From IMG/VR virus record IMGVR_UViG_3300017705_000602: a stretch of DNA of 64,000 nt; one strand, written 5' to 3'. This document shows, piece by piece, positions 1-8,799 of the stretch. A program made the translations under genes and the position numbers. Position 1 is the first letter of the stretch; each line of letters opens with the position of its first letter. The notes under the pieces were generated by a model that was not told the DNA's origin, ran no database searches, and was given only the letters and a program-made list of their open reading frames with translations. This DNA comes from a virus. Lineage: Duplodnaviria > Heunggongvirae > Uroviricota > Caudoviricetes.

Positions 1-234
1 CAGAAGAAGTTGCCCAAACTGTCGATCAGCTAGGATTTCTAGACACTGTGTATGTGTGCGATGTTGCGCTTTATCGGGATATCGGAAACGGAAGAATGCA
101 CATTGGTATTATGGAATTTAATGCTGCCTCTACATCCGATTTACACAACTGCGATATAACAGCAGTGTTCACAGCAATGGTCGACTGTATCAACAAAGAA
201 AACGGTTGCATTTGATTACAAGGTGTGTAACAAT

Positions 235-558
235 ATGAGCATGAAAAAATTTAAGCCCGAAACAGTTGTTCGAAGACTTGCCAAGATTGAGCAAAACAAA
301 GTCGACGAACAGGCAAGGTACAGTAAAGCCATGTACCAGTATGCCGCTGATATCGAAGCTGTGCAGGACAGATGTCCGCATCCGGATATCAAGTGCAATT
401 GGAACAACACCTGGGACGGGTGGGACCAACACGACGACCTAAAAGGGCACTACGACTATATCTGTACTACATGCAAGAAACGGTTACGCAAGGATGTAGT
501 CAAAAGCGAGCACGAAAAGTTGCGTCACAATATCAGACAAGCTTGCGGACTCGAATAA
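235..558 (+). CDS. hypothetical protein with CPH...CTTC putative zinc-binding motif
   Basis: ORF 223..558, ATG at 235 chosen; Cys/His pairs CPH and CTTC. Confidence 0.6.
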   Translation: MSMKKFKPETVVRRLAKIEQNKVDEQARYSKAMYQYAADIEAVQDRCPHPDIKCNWNNTWDGWDQHDDLKGHYDYICTTCKKRLRKDVVKSEHEKLRHNIRQACGLE

Positions 559-649
559 CAATTTCCCTGGTAGGTTACAGGCAGTGTCTTTAAAACCCGC
601 GCCTTGGAGTTCAACTCTCCACAGGGAAACCATTTTACAAGGAAAGTAA

Positions 650-1552
650 ATGCTTAAAATATATCCTCAACTGTGGTACGTCACACGATCAACCTCCCAA
701 GGGCAACCATCTGTACTTGCCTACATGACCCATTACGAAGACAATGCCGCATGTCGCAAAAGACAACATACAGGAAAGAGTTGGAGTGGTAACACAAACA
801 ACACAGGCACCATCTGCGATAATGAACCGACAACCGGATTTAAAATTACCGACAGTGTATCGCGCTGGAGTACACAAAACAAACTGTTTCGCGTTATGGA
901 TCCTCGTGGCTTTGAAGTTGAAATCCCGACTGGAAACCTGAATCAGTTGCTACAGTGCTCTACTGTGGTTAACGGAGAGATACAAGGCGAATGCGTGTGG
1001 GGTCGTGATGATAGCTCTCACATACTGATACCCACTGCCTCGGTGCTGTACCAAGAAGCAACCATGACCATGGAAAAGCTAAACAAAACTATCAAGATGT
1101 CGGACATTCAAGTTGGAGAGATAATCGAAGCTAGTGCGTGGGGATCAATGTCCAAAATGATCTACCTGGGCAAAGTAAAAGCTACTCACACTGGCACACT
1201 CGAAGAAAGATCTTACTCATGGCATCGTACTGGAAGCGCCAGCGATAAAATCAAAGCACAGCTCGGCGAGCATACCGATACTAAATGGTGGCTGGGGTTT
1301 GCACACGAACGTGATCTAAAGCGTCTGAGCCAAGATACAAATTATTTTAGTATCGAACAGCGTCGAACTTTAAAAGTTACCAATCGCACAGGACAAAAGC
1401 TCGATAAGGACATTGTAGAACAACTGCGCGAAAAGATTTCATATTGCGATCGTTCAGAAGCAATACGCGCATTTCACAAAGAACGCGATGCAGTGTGCCC
1501 GAATATAAGCGGACAAGTTCAAGTACAGTTAAAAGAAACAGTGTGGCAATGA
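650..1552 (+). CDS. phage hypothetical protein (300 aa)
   Basis: Long ORF with SD AAGGA; DPRGFEVEI...GECVWGR segment resembles proteins of large phages (from memory, not searched). Confidence 0.8.
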   Translation: MLKIYPQLWYVTRSTSQGQPSVLAYMTHYEDNAACRKRQHTGKSWSGNTNNTGTICDNEPTTGFKITDSVSRWSTQNKLFRVMDPRGFEVEIPTGNLNQLLQCSTVVNGEIQGECVWGRDDSSHILIPTASVLYQEATMTMEKLNKTIKMSDIQVGEIIEASAWGSMSKMIYLGKVKATHTGTLEERSYSWHRTGSASDKIKAQLGEHTDTKWWLGFAHERDLKRLSQDTNYFSIEQRRTLKVTNRTGQKLDKDIVEQLREKISYCDRSEAIRAFHKERDAVCPNISGQVQVQLKETVWQ

Positions 1553-1677
1553 CACCGTACTGGAAAGGAAGAAGAATAGGCTTTTACCACGGGCTGGCAT
1601 ATGGTGTGGTGATAACACTGGTGCTCGGGTTCTTGTTTATTCTCTTCTGGACTGGTGCGCATCAGTATTTTTATTAA
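1549..1677 (+). CDS. small membrane protein
   Basis: ATG overlaps upstream stop (ATGA); one hydrophobic helix GLAYGVVITLVLGFLFILFW. Confidence 0.55.
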   Translation: MTPYWKGRRIGFYHGLAYGVVITLVLGFLFILFWTGAHQYFY

Positions 1678-1686
1678 AGGATTAAA

Positions 1687-2004
1687 ATGAATACATATTT
1701 AAAAACTCAAGCAAAACTGCTCGCAGTGCTAATGGTCAAGGAAGTTCTTGCTAAAGGCATTGTGTCAATTGAATTCTACAAAGCCGACGACACAGTTAGG
1801 CCCATGCGTGCTACACTAGATCCGAATCTTTTGCCTGCAAGCGAAAAGAAAGATGAATACGATTCTGCAATTGATCTTAACGTTGTAAAAGTTTTCGACG
1901 TTGAAGCAACAGCATGGCGTTCATTTCGCATGGACAGACTAAAGTCAATCGACGGACTTGACTACAAATTGTACTTTAACAATTTTTTCGAGTCAGCAAT
2001 TTAA
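1687..2004 (+). CDS. WYL_2-like Sm/SH3 beta-barrel protein
   Basis: FYKADDTVRPMRATL...VFDVEATAWRSFRMD matches the FxKxDGxxRxMxAT...WRSFR pattern of phage WYL_2 proteins. Confidence 0.75.
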   Translation: MNTYLKTQAKLLAVLMVKEVLAKGIVSIEFYKADDTVRPMRATLDPNLLPASEKKDEYDSAIDLNVVKVFDVEATAWRSFRMDRLKSIDGLDYKLYFNNFFESAI

Positions 2005-2017
2005 TTGTAAAAAGCAG

Positions 2018-2046
2018 TTGACAAAGATACTGGCCTACCATATAAT
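2018..2046 (+). promoter_or_regulatory. sigma70 promoter
   Basis: TTGACA-17bp-TATAAT, perfect consensus, upstream of the 2076 CDS. Confidence 0.85.
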
Positions 2047-2075
2047 GTGGCTATATTAACAACAAGGAACACAAG

Positions 2076-3869
2076 ATGTCATTAGTTAAATTATCACTTG
2101 CATTGTTCAACGTAGTGCCAGAAAGCACAAAACCGCCAGCAAAGTCTGCGCATGTAGACCTTGACAATGGCATAGTAATTTCAAAAGAAGCAAGATATGC
2201 TAAGGCTGATATCGTTGCGTTCCTGAAACAAAAGAAACTGTCGGGCGAAGATCTAAACAAGACATGGCACAAAACATGGGCCGAAGTCAAGTCAAGAGAA
2301 AACTCGCACGATGTTGTCCAAGCAGTCATGGGGTTCATTAACGGACTCGGTGCAAAGCTGGACAAAGAAATTCGTTTACCGAACGAAACAATCGGCATTG
2401 ATGATCTAGATTTGCGATTGCAGACTGTGGTTGCAGTGCCAGTTGATGAAATCAACGACCGTGCTTTGCAAATGTTACAATCTGGCATGGCACTAAAAAC
2501 ACAAACAATACACGATTTGTTTGAGATATTGTCTGCTACAGGTTATCAGTTTACTGGCGACGAAGATATACGCAACAAAGAAGCCGTTGTTATACTTGCT
2601 GATACTCATGGTATCTATCCAAAAGAGCCAGTTGAGGCTCTACGCTATGCAGTATACAAAGCTACCGATTCGGCCATGCTGATCAAGAGTGCGGGTGCAG
2701 TAGAAGCAATCAAGGCGTCTTCATTTGATGCAACAGATGTATTCAAAGACGTAGGCGAGACTCGAATGTCCGAAGTGTTCAATCGCTTCAAGCCATTGTT
2801 TCTTGCATTCAAAGGCAAGTCTGCTAAGTCACGTTCGTCAGTTAACCGTATTGCAAAGCTGAGCAAAACACATCACAAGCCAATGCCTGTGAATGCCTTG
2901 CAAGAAGTTACTGCTCGTAGACTGGTGGACACTGAATTACACTGGCTGTCCAATGCAACTGTGTTTGCACTGTTCAAGGCATTGTCTGCTTGTCATACAC
3001 GCATGAATGGTCGCACAGTGTTTGCATACCACATACGTAACGGTAAAGGCTGGTACAAGACAGAATCGTGCAAAGCGTCTTCGGATGACTTACAGCACAA
3101 CTTTGATCTAATAGTGAATGAACTAAAAGGTCGTGTGAACACCGAAGGTAAAAAGATCTTTATACCGGAAGGTATTGAATTTGCCCTGCCTACATCCGAA
3201 AAGATGTTTGTTGGCAATATTCCAACTGGTACCAAGTTCACATCCGATGGTATTGCCGCTGGCATATATTGGAGAAACGAATGGGGTGCAACCGATCTCG
3301 ATTTGTCTACTCTGGACGTCCGTGGTACAAAAACTGGCTGGAACTCTTTTTATACCAGCCAACACGGCGAAATTGCATACTCGGGTGATATAACCGATGC
3401 ATACAACGGCGCAGTCGAATACATGAATATTCAGTCAGGTATAACCGAACCGGTGTTGTTGCTTAACAATGTGTACTCAGGTAACGAAGATTGCGAATAC
3501 AAGGTTGTTGTGGGTCAAGGTACCGATATTACAAAATCGTACATGATGGATCCTAATAGTGTATGGGTAGAAGCAATGTCCGCATCGGTGAAACGCGAAA
3601 CCATAGTCGGATTGTTTTTACCGGAGACTGGTAACCGAGCTTCGTTTGTGATGCTTAACACTGCTATCGGCAATGCGAATGCGTCTGCAGGCAATATACA
3701 CTCTACTCAATTCAACCGTGCGTTGGTTGAGCAGTACAGCAATCAATTTTCGTTAAATGAATTGTTAGAATATGTAGGTTTTGAGTTGACACCATCGCAG
3801 GATGATGCTACAATAGACTTATCGTTAGACAACTTGGATCGTGATACATTTGTATCGTTATTCAGTTAA
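2076..3869 (+). CDS. 597-aa protein: helical (possibly TROVE/Ro-like) N-terminal region plus C-terminal TerD-like domain
   Basis: C-terminal W...DLDLS...GWN...YSGDITDAYNGAVEY fits TerD-family DLDLS/SGD motifs; the Ro/TROVE likeness of the N-terminus is inference. Confidence 0.6.
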   Translation: MSLVKLSLALFNVVPESTKPPAKSAHVDLDNGIVISKEARYAKADIVAFLKQKKLSGEDLNKTWHKTWAEVKSRENSHDVVQAVMGFINGLGAKLDKEIRLPNETIGIDDLDLRLQTVVAVPVDEINDRALQMLQSGMALKTQTIHDLFEILSATGYQFTGDEDIRNKEAVVILADTHGIYPKEPVEALRYAVYKATDSAMLIKSAGAVEAIKASSFDATDVFKDVGETRMSEVFNRFKPLFLAFKGKSAKSRSSVNRIAKLSKTHHKPMPVNALQEVTARRLVDTELHWLSNATVFALFKALSACHTRMNGRTVFAYHIRNGKGWYKTESCKASSDDLQHNFDLIVNELKGRVNTEGKKIFIPEGIEFALPTSEKMFVGNIPTGTKFTSDGIAAGIYWRNEWGATDLDLSTLDVRGTKTGWNSFYTSQHGEIAYSGDITDAYNGAVEYMNIQSGITEPVLLLNNVYSGNEDCEYKVVVGQGTDITKSYMMDPNSVWVEAMSASVKRETIVGLFLPETGNRASFVMLNTAIGNANASAGNIHSTQFNRALVEQYSNQFSLNELLEYVGFELTPSQDDATIDLSLDNLDRDTFVSLFS

Positions 3870-3875
3870 TAGTTA

Positions 3876-3966
3876 TGCGGTGAAAGCGCCGGGCTGATAA
3901 ACCGGAGAAGCTGAAAGGAATAATACAAGAACAAATGCTTGTACCTTGCGCATGTCGCACACCGCA
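3876..3966 (+). ncRNA. putative structured RNA with tRNA-Ile(GAU)-like anticodon loop
   Basis: Closing stem TGCGGTG(3876-82)/CACCGCA(3960-66); hairpin CCGG-G-CTGATAA-A-CCGG; hairpin TACAAG/CTTGTA. Confidence 0.55.
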
Positions 3967-3984
3967 GTTGTTAGGAAGTATGCA

Positions 3985-4206
3985 ATGACAAAGCCGTTCA
4001 AAGTAAAAGTTAAAGATCAAGACGAGTTCGAATCATGCGTGTTTGGTGCCGACGATTTACTCGAACAGTGGCCAGCACTGCTTACCGAAGGCGCAGAAGT
4101 AATACAAAGCGGAAGCATGTATTACTTGTGCGATGCGAAACAAGGTATCATATCCGACTCGGCTTTCTTTAGCAAAAACGAAATGCAATACTTAGAAAAG
4201 ATTTAA
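3985..4206 (+). CDS. small acidic hypothetical protein
   Basis: SD AGGA then ATG at 3985; lies between the two RNA elements. Confidence 0.65.
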   Translation: MTKPFKVKVKDQDEFESCVFGADDLLEQWPALLTEGAEVIQSGSMYYLCDAKQGIISDSAFFSKNEMQYLEKI

Positions 4207-4212
4207 AAGTTT

Positions 4213-4464
4213 TGGGCAAAAGTGGTTCCTATAAAAAATTATTGGAAATGAATACTACTCGCCCACCCAGTTTTGACATAGAGTGTTCCTATAAAAAATC
4301 ATTCGGGCTAAAAACCCGAAACCAGCAAAATACACTCCGTCAACTATTTTTAGGCACAAGCAGTTCCTATAACATACTACGAATATATATACTGCTCGCC
4401 TACTTATTTGGGCACATAAGGTTCCTATTACAGTCTTGAAAACTACTATCATACCTTTCGCCCA
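4213..4464 (+). ncRNA. tandem array of four structured RNA units, each carrying an anticodon-like loop
   Basis: Units 4213-4265, 4273-4343, 4351-4402, 4409-4464. Each has a 5-bp outer stem, AnA/C internal loop, 5-6-bp inner stem with compensatory changes, invariant GTTCCTAT and an inner 7-nt YT-NNN-AA loop. Confidence 0.75.
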
Positions 4465-4514
4465 CCCAACTCAGAAATGCTAGCTTTCGCTAGCTTGAAA
4501 CACTAAGTAAATAC

Positions 4515-4751
4515 AAAGGTTGTCTCGCTTATATTTTTGGTTGATGTGTAACGTTATATACCAGTATCTCTGTAACGTTAATCAGTTTTGTAGCATCTGT
4601 AAAGCCGAATTAAGCTACTGTTACAAGAGGAGCTCCCAGGTAACAGATAATTGGCTTAAACCTGCGAGTTAGGATAGAATTAAGTTTCACGGCGTGCTCC
4701 CTGCCTAGACAGTCGCTTATACAGGCGTGATACTGTTATGAGACAACCTTT
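4515..4751 (+). ncRNA. large multi-branched, probably pseudoknotted ncRNA (~237 nt)
   Basis: 12-bp closing stem AAAGGTTGTCTC/GAGACAACCTTT, nested stems, complementary loops, no ORF; TAAATA at 4508-4513. Confidence 0.7.
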
Positions 4752-4783
4752 TTATTTTTTTGGTAATACTATACGGAGATAAA

Positions 4784-5068
4784 ATGACCATTAAACCTTT
4801 ACACGATTACGTAGTAGTCGAAGCAAAACAAAAACAAGTTTCGAAAGTTATCCATGTTGCTGGCGATAGCAAAGGTGACACAGGAACAGTTATCGCAGTT
4901 GGCCCCGGTGAGTTGTTACCATCAGGTGAACGCGGAGAGATGTCTCTTAAAGCAGGAGACGAGATTATCTTTGCAAACGATGTTATTCGTGAAGATAAAC
5001 AAGACGACGGTTCTATCCAATACTGGATGAGAATTGTTAATGTTATGGGTATCCTAAGAGAATCGTAA
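4784..5068 (+). CDS. groES: co-chaperonin GroES
   Basis: IKPLHDYVVVE...GTVIAVGPG...LKAGDEIIF, typical Cpn10 motifs; SD GGAG. Confidence 0.9.
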   Translation: MTIKPLHDYVVVEAKQKQVSKVIHVAGDSKGDTGTVIAVGPGELLPSGERGEMSLKAGDEIIFANDVIREDKQDDGSIQYWMRIVNVMGILRES

Positions 5069-5069
5069 A

Positions 5070-5711
5070 ATGATAGAGCTCGGTAAGCTAGCGTCGGAAC
5101 TTGAAGAGATTGGCGACACAATTAGAACGATGTCCAGGCAGGACATCGTTCAGTTGTCGCAAAAAGTAAAATCAATAACTGATCGTCACCAGTTCGAAAA
5201 CTCTTACCGGGCCAATTCTTTGTCGCTATCATACAACCAGTATGCCGGGATTACGCCTTGCGATGATATATTCAATGCCTCCAACAGTATAATCGATATA
5301 ACGCTGGAACGCACAAATCGCATTAACTGCCGGGAAGGACTAATTGTTATTGTTCGCGCACGCACGCGGCACAATATTGGCGTAATGTCGTTTACCGTTG
5401 CATTAAAGCAAACGTACAGCAAGCTTAATATCGACCAGATCTACTTTACATATGGTGGTGACAATGAATATAGCGTTACAGCACTTGGATCCTCATTTCA
5501 ATTAAACCCAGACAAACATCCTGAATGGTTTCTTTCGAAAGAAAACTTGTCATACGCTATTCTGCTTGACAATAACATAATAACACATCTCCCGCGTGCC
5601 ACGCTTGCACTCGGTCCTATTGTAAATTTAATTTATACAGTAGACAGAATGACGTGCCCGAAAGAACTTAACTTCCATGCGCTAAATGATTTTTACGACA
5701 CAATAAAATAA
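5070..5711 (+). CDS. hypothetical protein
   Basis: 213-aa ORF coupled to groES. Confidence 0.7.
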   Translation: MIELGKLASELEEIGDTIRTMSRQDIVQLSQKVKSITDRHQFENSYRANSLSLSYNQYAGITPCDDIFNASNSIIDITLERTNRINCREGLIVIVRARTRHNIGVMSFTVALKQTYSKLNIDQIYFTYGGDNEYSVTALGSSFQLNPDKHPEWFLSKENLSYAILLDNNIITHLPRATLALGPIVNLIYTVDRMTCPKELNFHALNDFYDTIK

Positions 5712-5783
5712 AAGTCTTGCTCTGAAGCCTATCTCTTGTTATATTAACAATACACAAACAGGCACACAGAGATAGAGGTCGTT

Positions 5784-6320
5784 ATGAAAAAGCAATATCT
5801 TTTAGCAACAGCAGTTTTAGGCACATTGGCTTTAGGCGGATGTAGCTCAGTTACAAATCCTTTAAACACTACCGATGTCGATCAAGACATCTACGATGAG
5901 TATGCTGCCGAATGTACATTCAAAGACGGCAAGACTCCTGCACCGAAATGGATATGCGGTTACAAGTTACCGGACTACCCAGTTAGCGAAGTAGGCTATT
6001 CTCATTCAGCAAGCGAAATGGAAGGACTAGCAAACGCCAAAACCAAACTGGCGGCACGCATCAGAACAGATGTTGAAAGTGTACAAGAAGTTCGTACCAA
6101 AACATATGGTCGCCAAGAGCGCAAAGAGTTCTCAGCAGTTGACAGACACTTAGTCGACGAAAAGCTTGTGAACACTCGTGTCTTACTGCGCCAAATTGAT
6201 CCGACAACACAAGGTCTTTATGTTCTTGTTGTTGCAGACCAAGATGCATACGAACGTTCAATGCGCGAGTCACAGCAAAGACAAGAGCCAATTGCTAACA
6301 CAGACACTTCGGTGGAGTAG
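5784..6320 (+). CDS. lipoprotein, LPP20-like
   Basis: Lipobox LGGC after signal peptide; APKWIC...GLANAKTKLAARIRTDV pattern of LPP20 proteins. Confidence 0.7.
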   Translation: MKKQYLLATAVLGTLALGGCSSVTNPLNTTDVDQDIYDEYAAECTFKDGKTPAPKWICGYKLPDYPVSEVGYSHSASEMEGLANAKTKLAARIRTDVESVQEVRTKTYGRQERKEFSAVDRHLVDEKLVNTRVLLRQIDPTTQGLYVLVVADQDAYERSMRESQQRQEPIANTDTSVE

Positions 6321-6325
6321 TCAAA

Positions 6326-6961
6326 ATGAAAGCATTGTTAATATTATTTTCAATTGTATTAACCGGGTGTGTTTCGACTGGTAGCGGTGATCACCGCTAC
6401 TGCTCGGCTGCTGATGTTAATGACCCTTTTTGGTACACCAAGGTCAAGAACGATCATGTTGTAGCAAAATTCGGAGTCGAGTACAGCCGTGAAGCAGAAC
6501 GAGATATTAACCGTGTTGCACAGCTCATGTTGGCACAACAGCTTCACAGTCGTGTAGCCAGTTCAGTTACACTGATAAACGGTACCATCGACGATGCTTC
6601 ACAGCGTAGCATGGTTGCAAGCAATGTATATCTTAACTCCGCTAAGGTCGAGTGGATCAAGCAAGGCAACTGTTTGATTGCATGGTCGGGTATATCAAAG
6701 CAGGATGCCGATCTGTCGCTTGATAAAAGTTTAGCAATCAATCAGCAAGAAAGAAAAGCATGGTTGCAGGTGCATAATACATTTTCGGTGGCACTACTAG
6801 AGCGACACATCAGACAATATCCATTAGGTATATATCGCGAGGCAGCACAACAGCGAATACACGAGCTTTACAATAAGTCAAGACGAGAAGAAATAAGAGA
6901 CTCTCAATTGATGCCAGGTGCTAAATTATTGTTAAACGGTTTAGGAAGTATATTTGGGTAA
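6326..6961 (+). CDS. lipoprotein, LPP20-like
   Basis: Lipobox LTGC; PFWY...AQLMLAQQLHSRVAS. Confidence 0.65.
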   Translation: MKALLILFSIVLTGCVSTGSGDHRYCSAADVNDPFWYTKVKNDHVVAKFGVEYSREAERDINRVAQLMLAQQLHSRVASSVTLINGTIDDASQRSMVASNVYLNSAKVEWIKQGNCLIAWSGISKQDADLSLDKSLAINQQERKAWLQVHNTFSVALLERHIRQYPLGIYREAAQQRIHELYNKSRREEIRDSQLMPGAKLLLNGLGSIFG

Positions 6962-7042
6962 ATCGGATTTACCCATACAGCTAAAAATCGTGCTTAGTGC
7001 TTTTGCAAGCAAGTAAAATCACTAAATACAATAAAAAACACT

Positions 7043-7387
7043 ATGGACATAAAAGACTTTACAGCACCTTACGGACAAGAAGAATTTTTATATTTTGTTT
7101 TGTCGACACCATTTTCAGTTGAGTCGGTTGTAAACCGAGTATCTCCTAATCGCCGTGTTGATATATTTTCAAGCGAAGCTTTATCGAACTGGACAATCGC
7201 CAACTGGTACTGGGCAGTCGATGGCATAGCGGTGGCATCCGAGCATATCACTGTCACTTACGCACACAACAGAATACTTAACTCCGAGCACGAGCCAAGC
7301 GGAATATACAGCATGGCACACTTTCATAAACGCTTGCCTATCTACCAATACTATCAAGAAGTACAAAGTCTTTATCAACCATTGTAA
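7043..7387 (+). CDS. LPxT-EE family small protein
   Basis: APYGQEEFLYFVL; preceded by CTAAATA late-type promoter. Confidence 0.7.
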   Translation: MDIKDFTAPYGQEEFLYFVLSTPFSVESVVNRVSPNRRVDIFSSEALSNWTIANWYWAVDGIAVASEHITVTYAHNRILNSEHEPSGIYSMAHFHKRLPIYQYYQEVQSLYQPL

Positions 7388-7443
7388 CGCACTGTAAAGC
7401 ACGCTATAATGAAATAATACTAAACACTAACATCGAGCATTGT

Positions 7444-7785
7444 ATGTCAGCACCTCTTGTAAATTTGCCCAACAGTCGCGAGGCTTATTTATTGTATCGT
7501 TTAGAAGATAATCGGTTCAAGTCAATGGTCGCCCTTATGCGCTGGGTATATCAACGTTCAAACTACAACAATTCAAACGAAGTGGTGTTCAAACGCCTGG
7601 CTGTTTGGATCAGGAACAACTGGTCGTGGGCAGTGAAAAGTTACACATTTAATGATCGACGACTAATAATTGAATTTTCAGTTACAGGTATTGTTAGTAG
7701 TGACCAATGGGGCGTAGACCTCGATACAGTAATCGGCGAAGAAAAGCAGTTGATTGAGTTTGCGAGAAGTAAAGATGTTTTTTGA
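7444..7785 (+). CDS. LPxT-EE family small protein
   Basis: LPNSREAYLLYRLE. Confidence 0.75.
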   Translation: MSAPLVNLPNSREAYLLYRLEDNRFKSMVALMRWVYQRSNYNNSNEVVFKRLAVWIRNNWSWAVKSYTFNDRRLIIEFSVTGIVSSDQWGVDLDTVIGEEKQLIEFARSKDVF

Positions 7786-8359
7786 TTTAACTGATGTTTC
7801 CGAGAAAATCAAAGATATCGATCATGACATCATTAAGAAAATCATGCATTCGATTAACTATCACAAACCATTCCCGGATGTTGGCAGTACAATAGATCAC
7901 ATAGTAATAAACAAAGACCGCAATGCAGTCATAATAGTTGGCGACATATACATACGCATTGAGTTTTCTCACAGTGACGTAGTTTCACTGGAGCACAAAA
8001 ATCTCTTGTTGCAATTGTACAAAGACTTTGTTGCAGTTTGTCCAAGCGTATTTCCTATTGGTCTTGCCGACAGTATGTATTGTGGATTGGTAGCAACCGA
8101 CCTCATATCTGACAAAAAGTGCAGTGTCAAATTTAGAAATTTTCACGACAGTCATATCGATATGACGCAAGCCGCTTTAAACGGCGACCAGGTCGGCTTA
8201 TTGAATGCAGAGCGTGCAATTGGAGCAATGTCGTTGATTGCTAAATCTTTGCCGGCAGTGTACATGCCTTATTATAACTTTTCATACAGAAAATACTTTA
8301 TGCGAAGAATATTTCACGGTAGATTCGGCAAGGAAAAAAGGATAATACTGAATGTATGA
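7775..8359 (+). CDS. hypothetical protein
   Basis: ORF overlapping both neighbours, ATG at 7775. Confidence 0.7.
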   Translation: MFFDLTDVSEKIKDIDHDIIKKIMHSINYHKPFPDVGSTIDHIVINKDRNAVIIVGDIYIRIEFSHSDVVSLEHKNLLLQLYKDFVAVCPSVFPIGLADSMYCGLVATDLISDKKCSVKFRNFHDSHIDMTQAALNGDQVGLLNAERAIGAMSLIAKSLPAVYMPYYNFSYRKYFMRRIFHGRFGKEKRIILNV

Positions 8360-8717
8360 GTTACCTGAATCACTGGAAGAACTTTCGGCATTTTATTTGT
8401 CAACCGGAATGACAGTGTTCGAATACATTGACTTTCATGATATCAATGAAGAAATCAAACACACCTGGATTGCGAATAGCAAAGACTGGGCAGTAGAACA
8501 AGTCACACTAAAAGTTCTGAACATCGAACATGTGCCGGTACTGGTTATTAGATTCAAAGCGCGTGCAATAATACACAACAAGGTTATTCTTGCTTCATTT
8601 CGCACAAATTGGGCAAGAGAGATCATTTTCGAAGCGTTTGGACTAACAGGCACACAAGAAGAGATAAGACAGCAAGCAATCAATCATATTCAAGGCACAG
8701 TAATATTTGAGAATTAG
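8352..8717 (+). CDS. LPxT-EE family small protein
   Basis: LPESLEELSAFYL. Confidence 0.75.
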   Translation: MYELPESLEELSAFYLSTGMTVFEYIDFHDINEEIKHTWIANSKDWAVEQVTLKVLNIEHVPVLVIRFKARAIIHNKVILASFRTNWAREIIFEAFGLTGTQEEIRQQAINHIQGTVIFEN

Positions 8718-8799
8718 GTAGTATTGCAGTTTTTCTTGTGCTATAATGTTAATAATAACTTAGAATAGCGATTTTAACTAAAAAGTGGTCCTTTTAACT

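Noticed and set aside
3886-3920. Hammerhead ribozyme (CTGA...GAAA)
   Set aside because: Core reads CTGATAA rather than CTGANGA and sits in a terminal loop; the three-stem junction is absent.
4212-4452. ORFs 4212..4439 (+) and 4255..4452 (-)
   Set aside because: No SD; they overlap a covarying RNA structure that explains the sequence better.
4213-4464. CRISPR or TIGR array
   Set aside because: Units are not identical direct repeats, spacing is irregular, conservation is structural, and no Cas or Nop-domain protein is recognisable in the window.
3876-4464. Genuine tRNA genes
   Set aside because: Anticodon-like loops are present, but there is no D arm, TTC T-loop, 7-bp acceptor cloverleaf or CCA.
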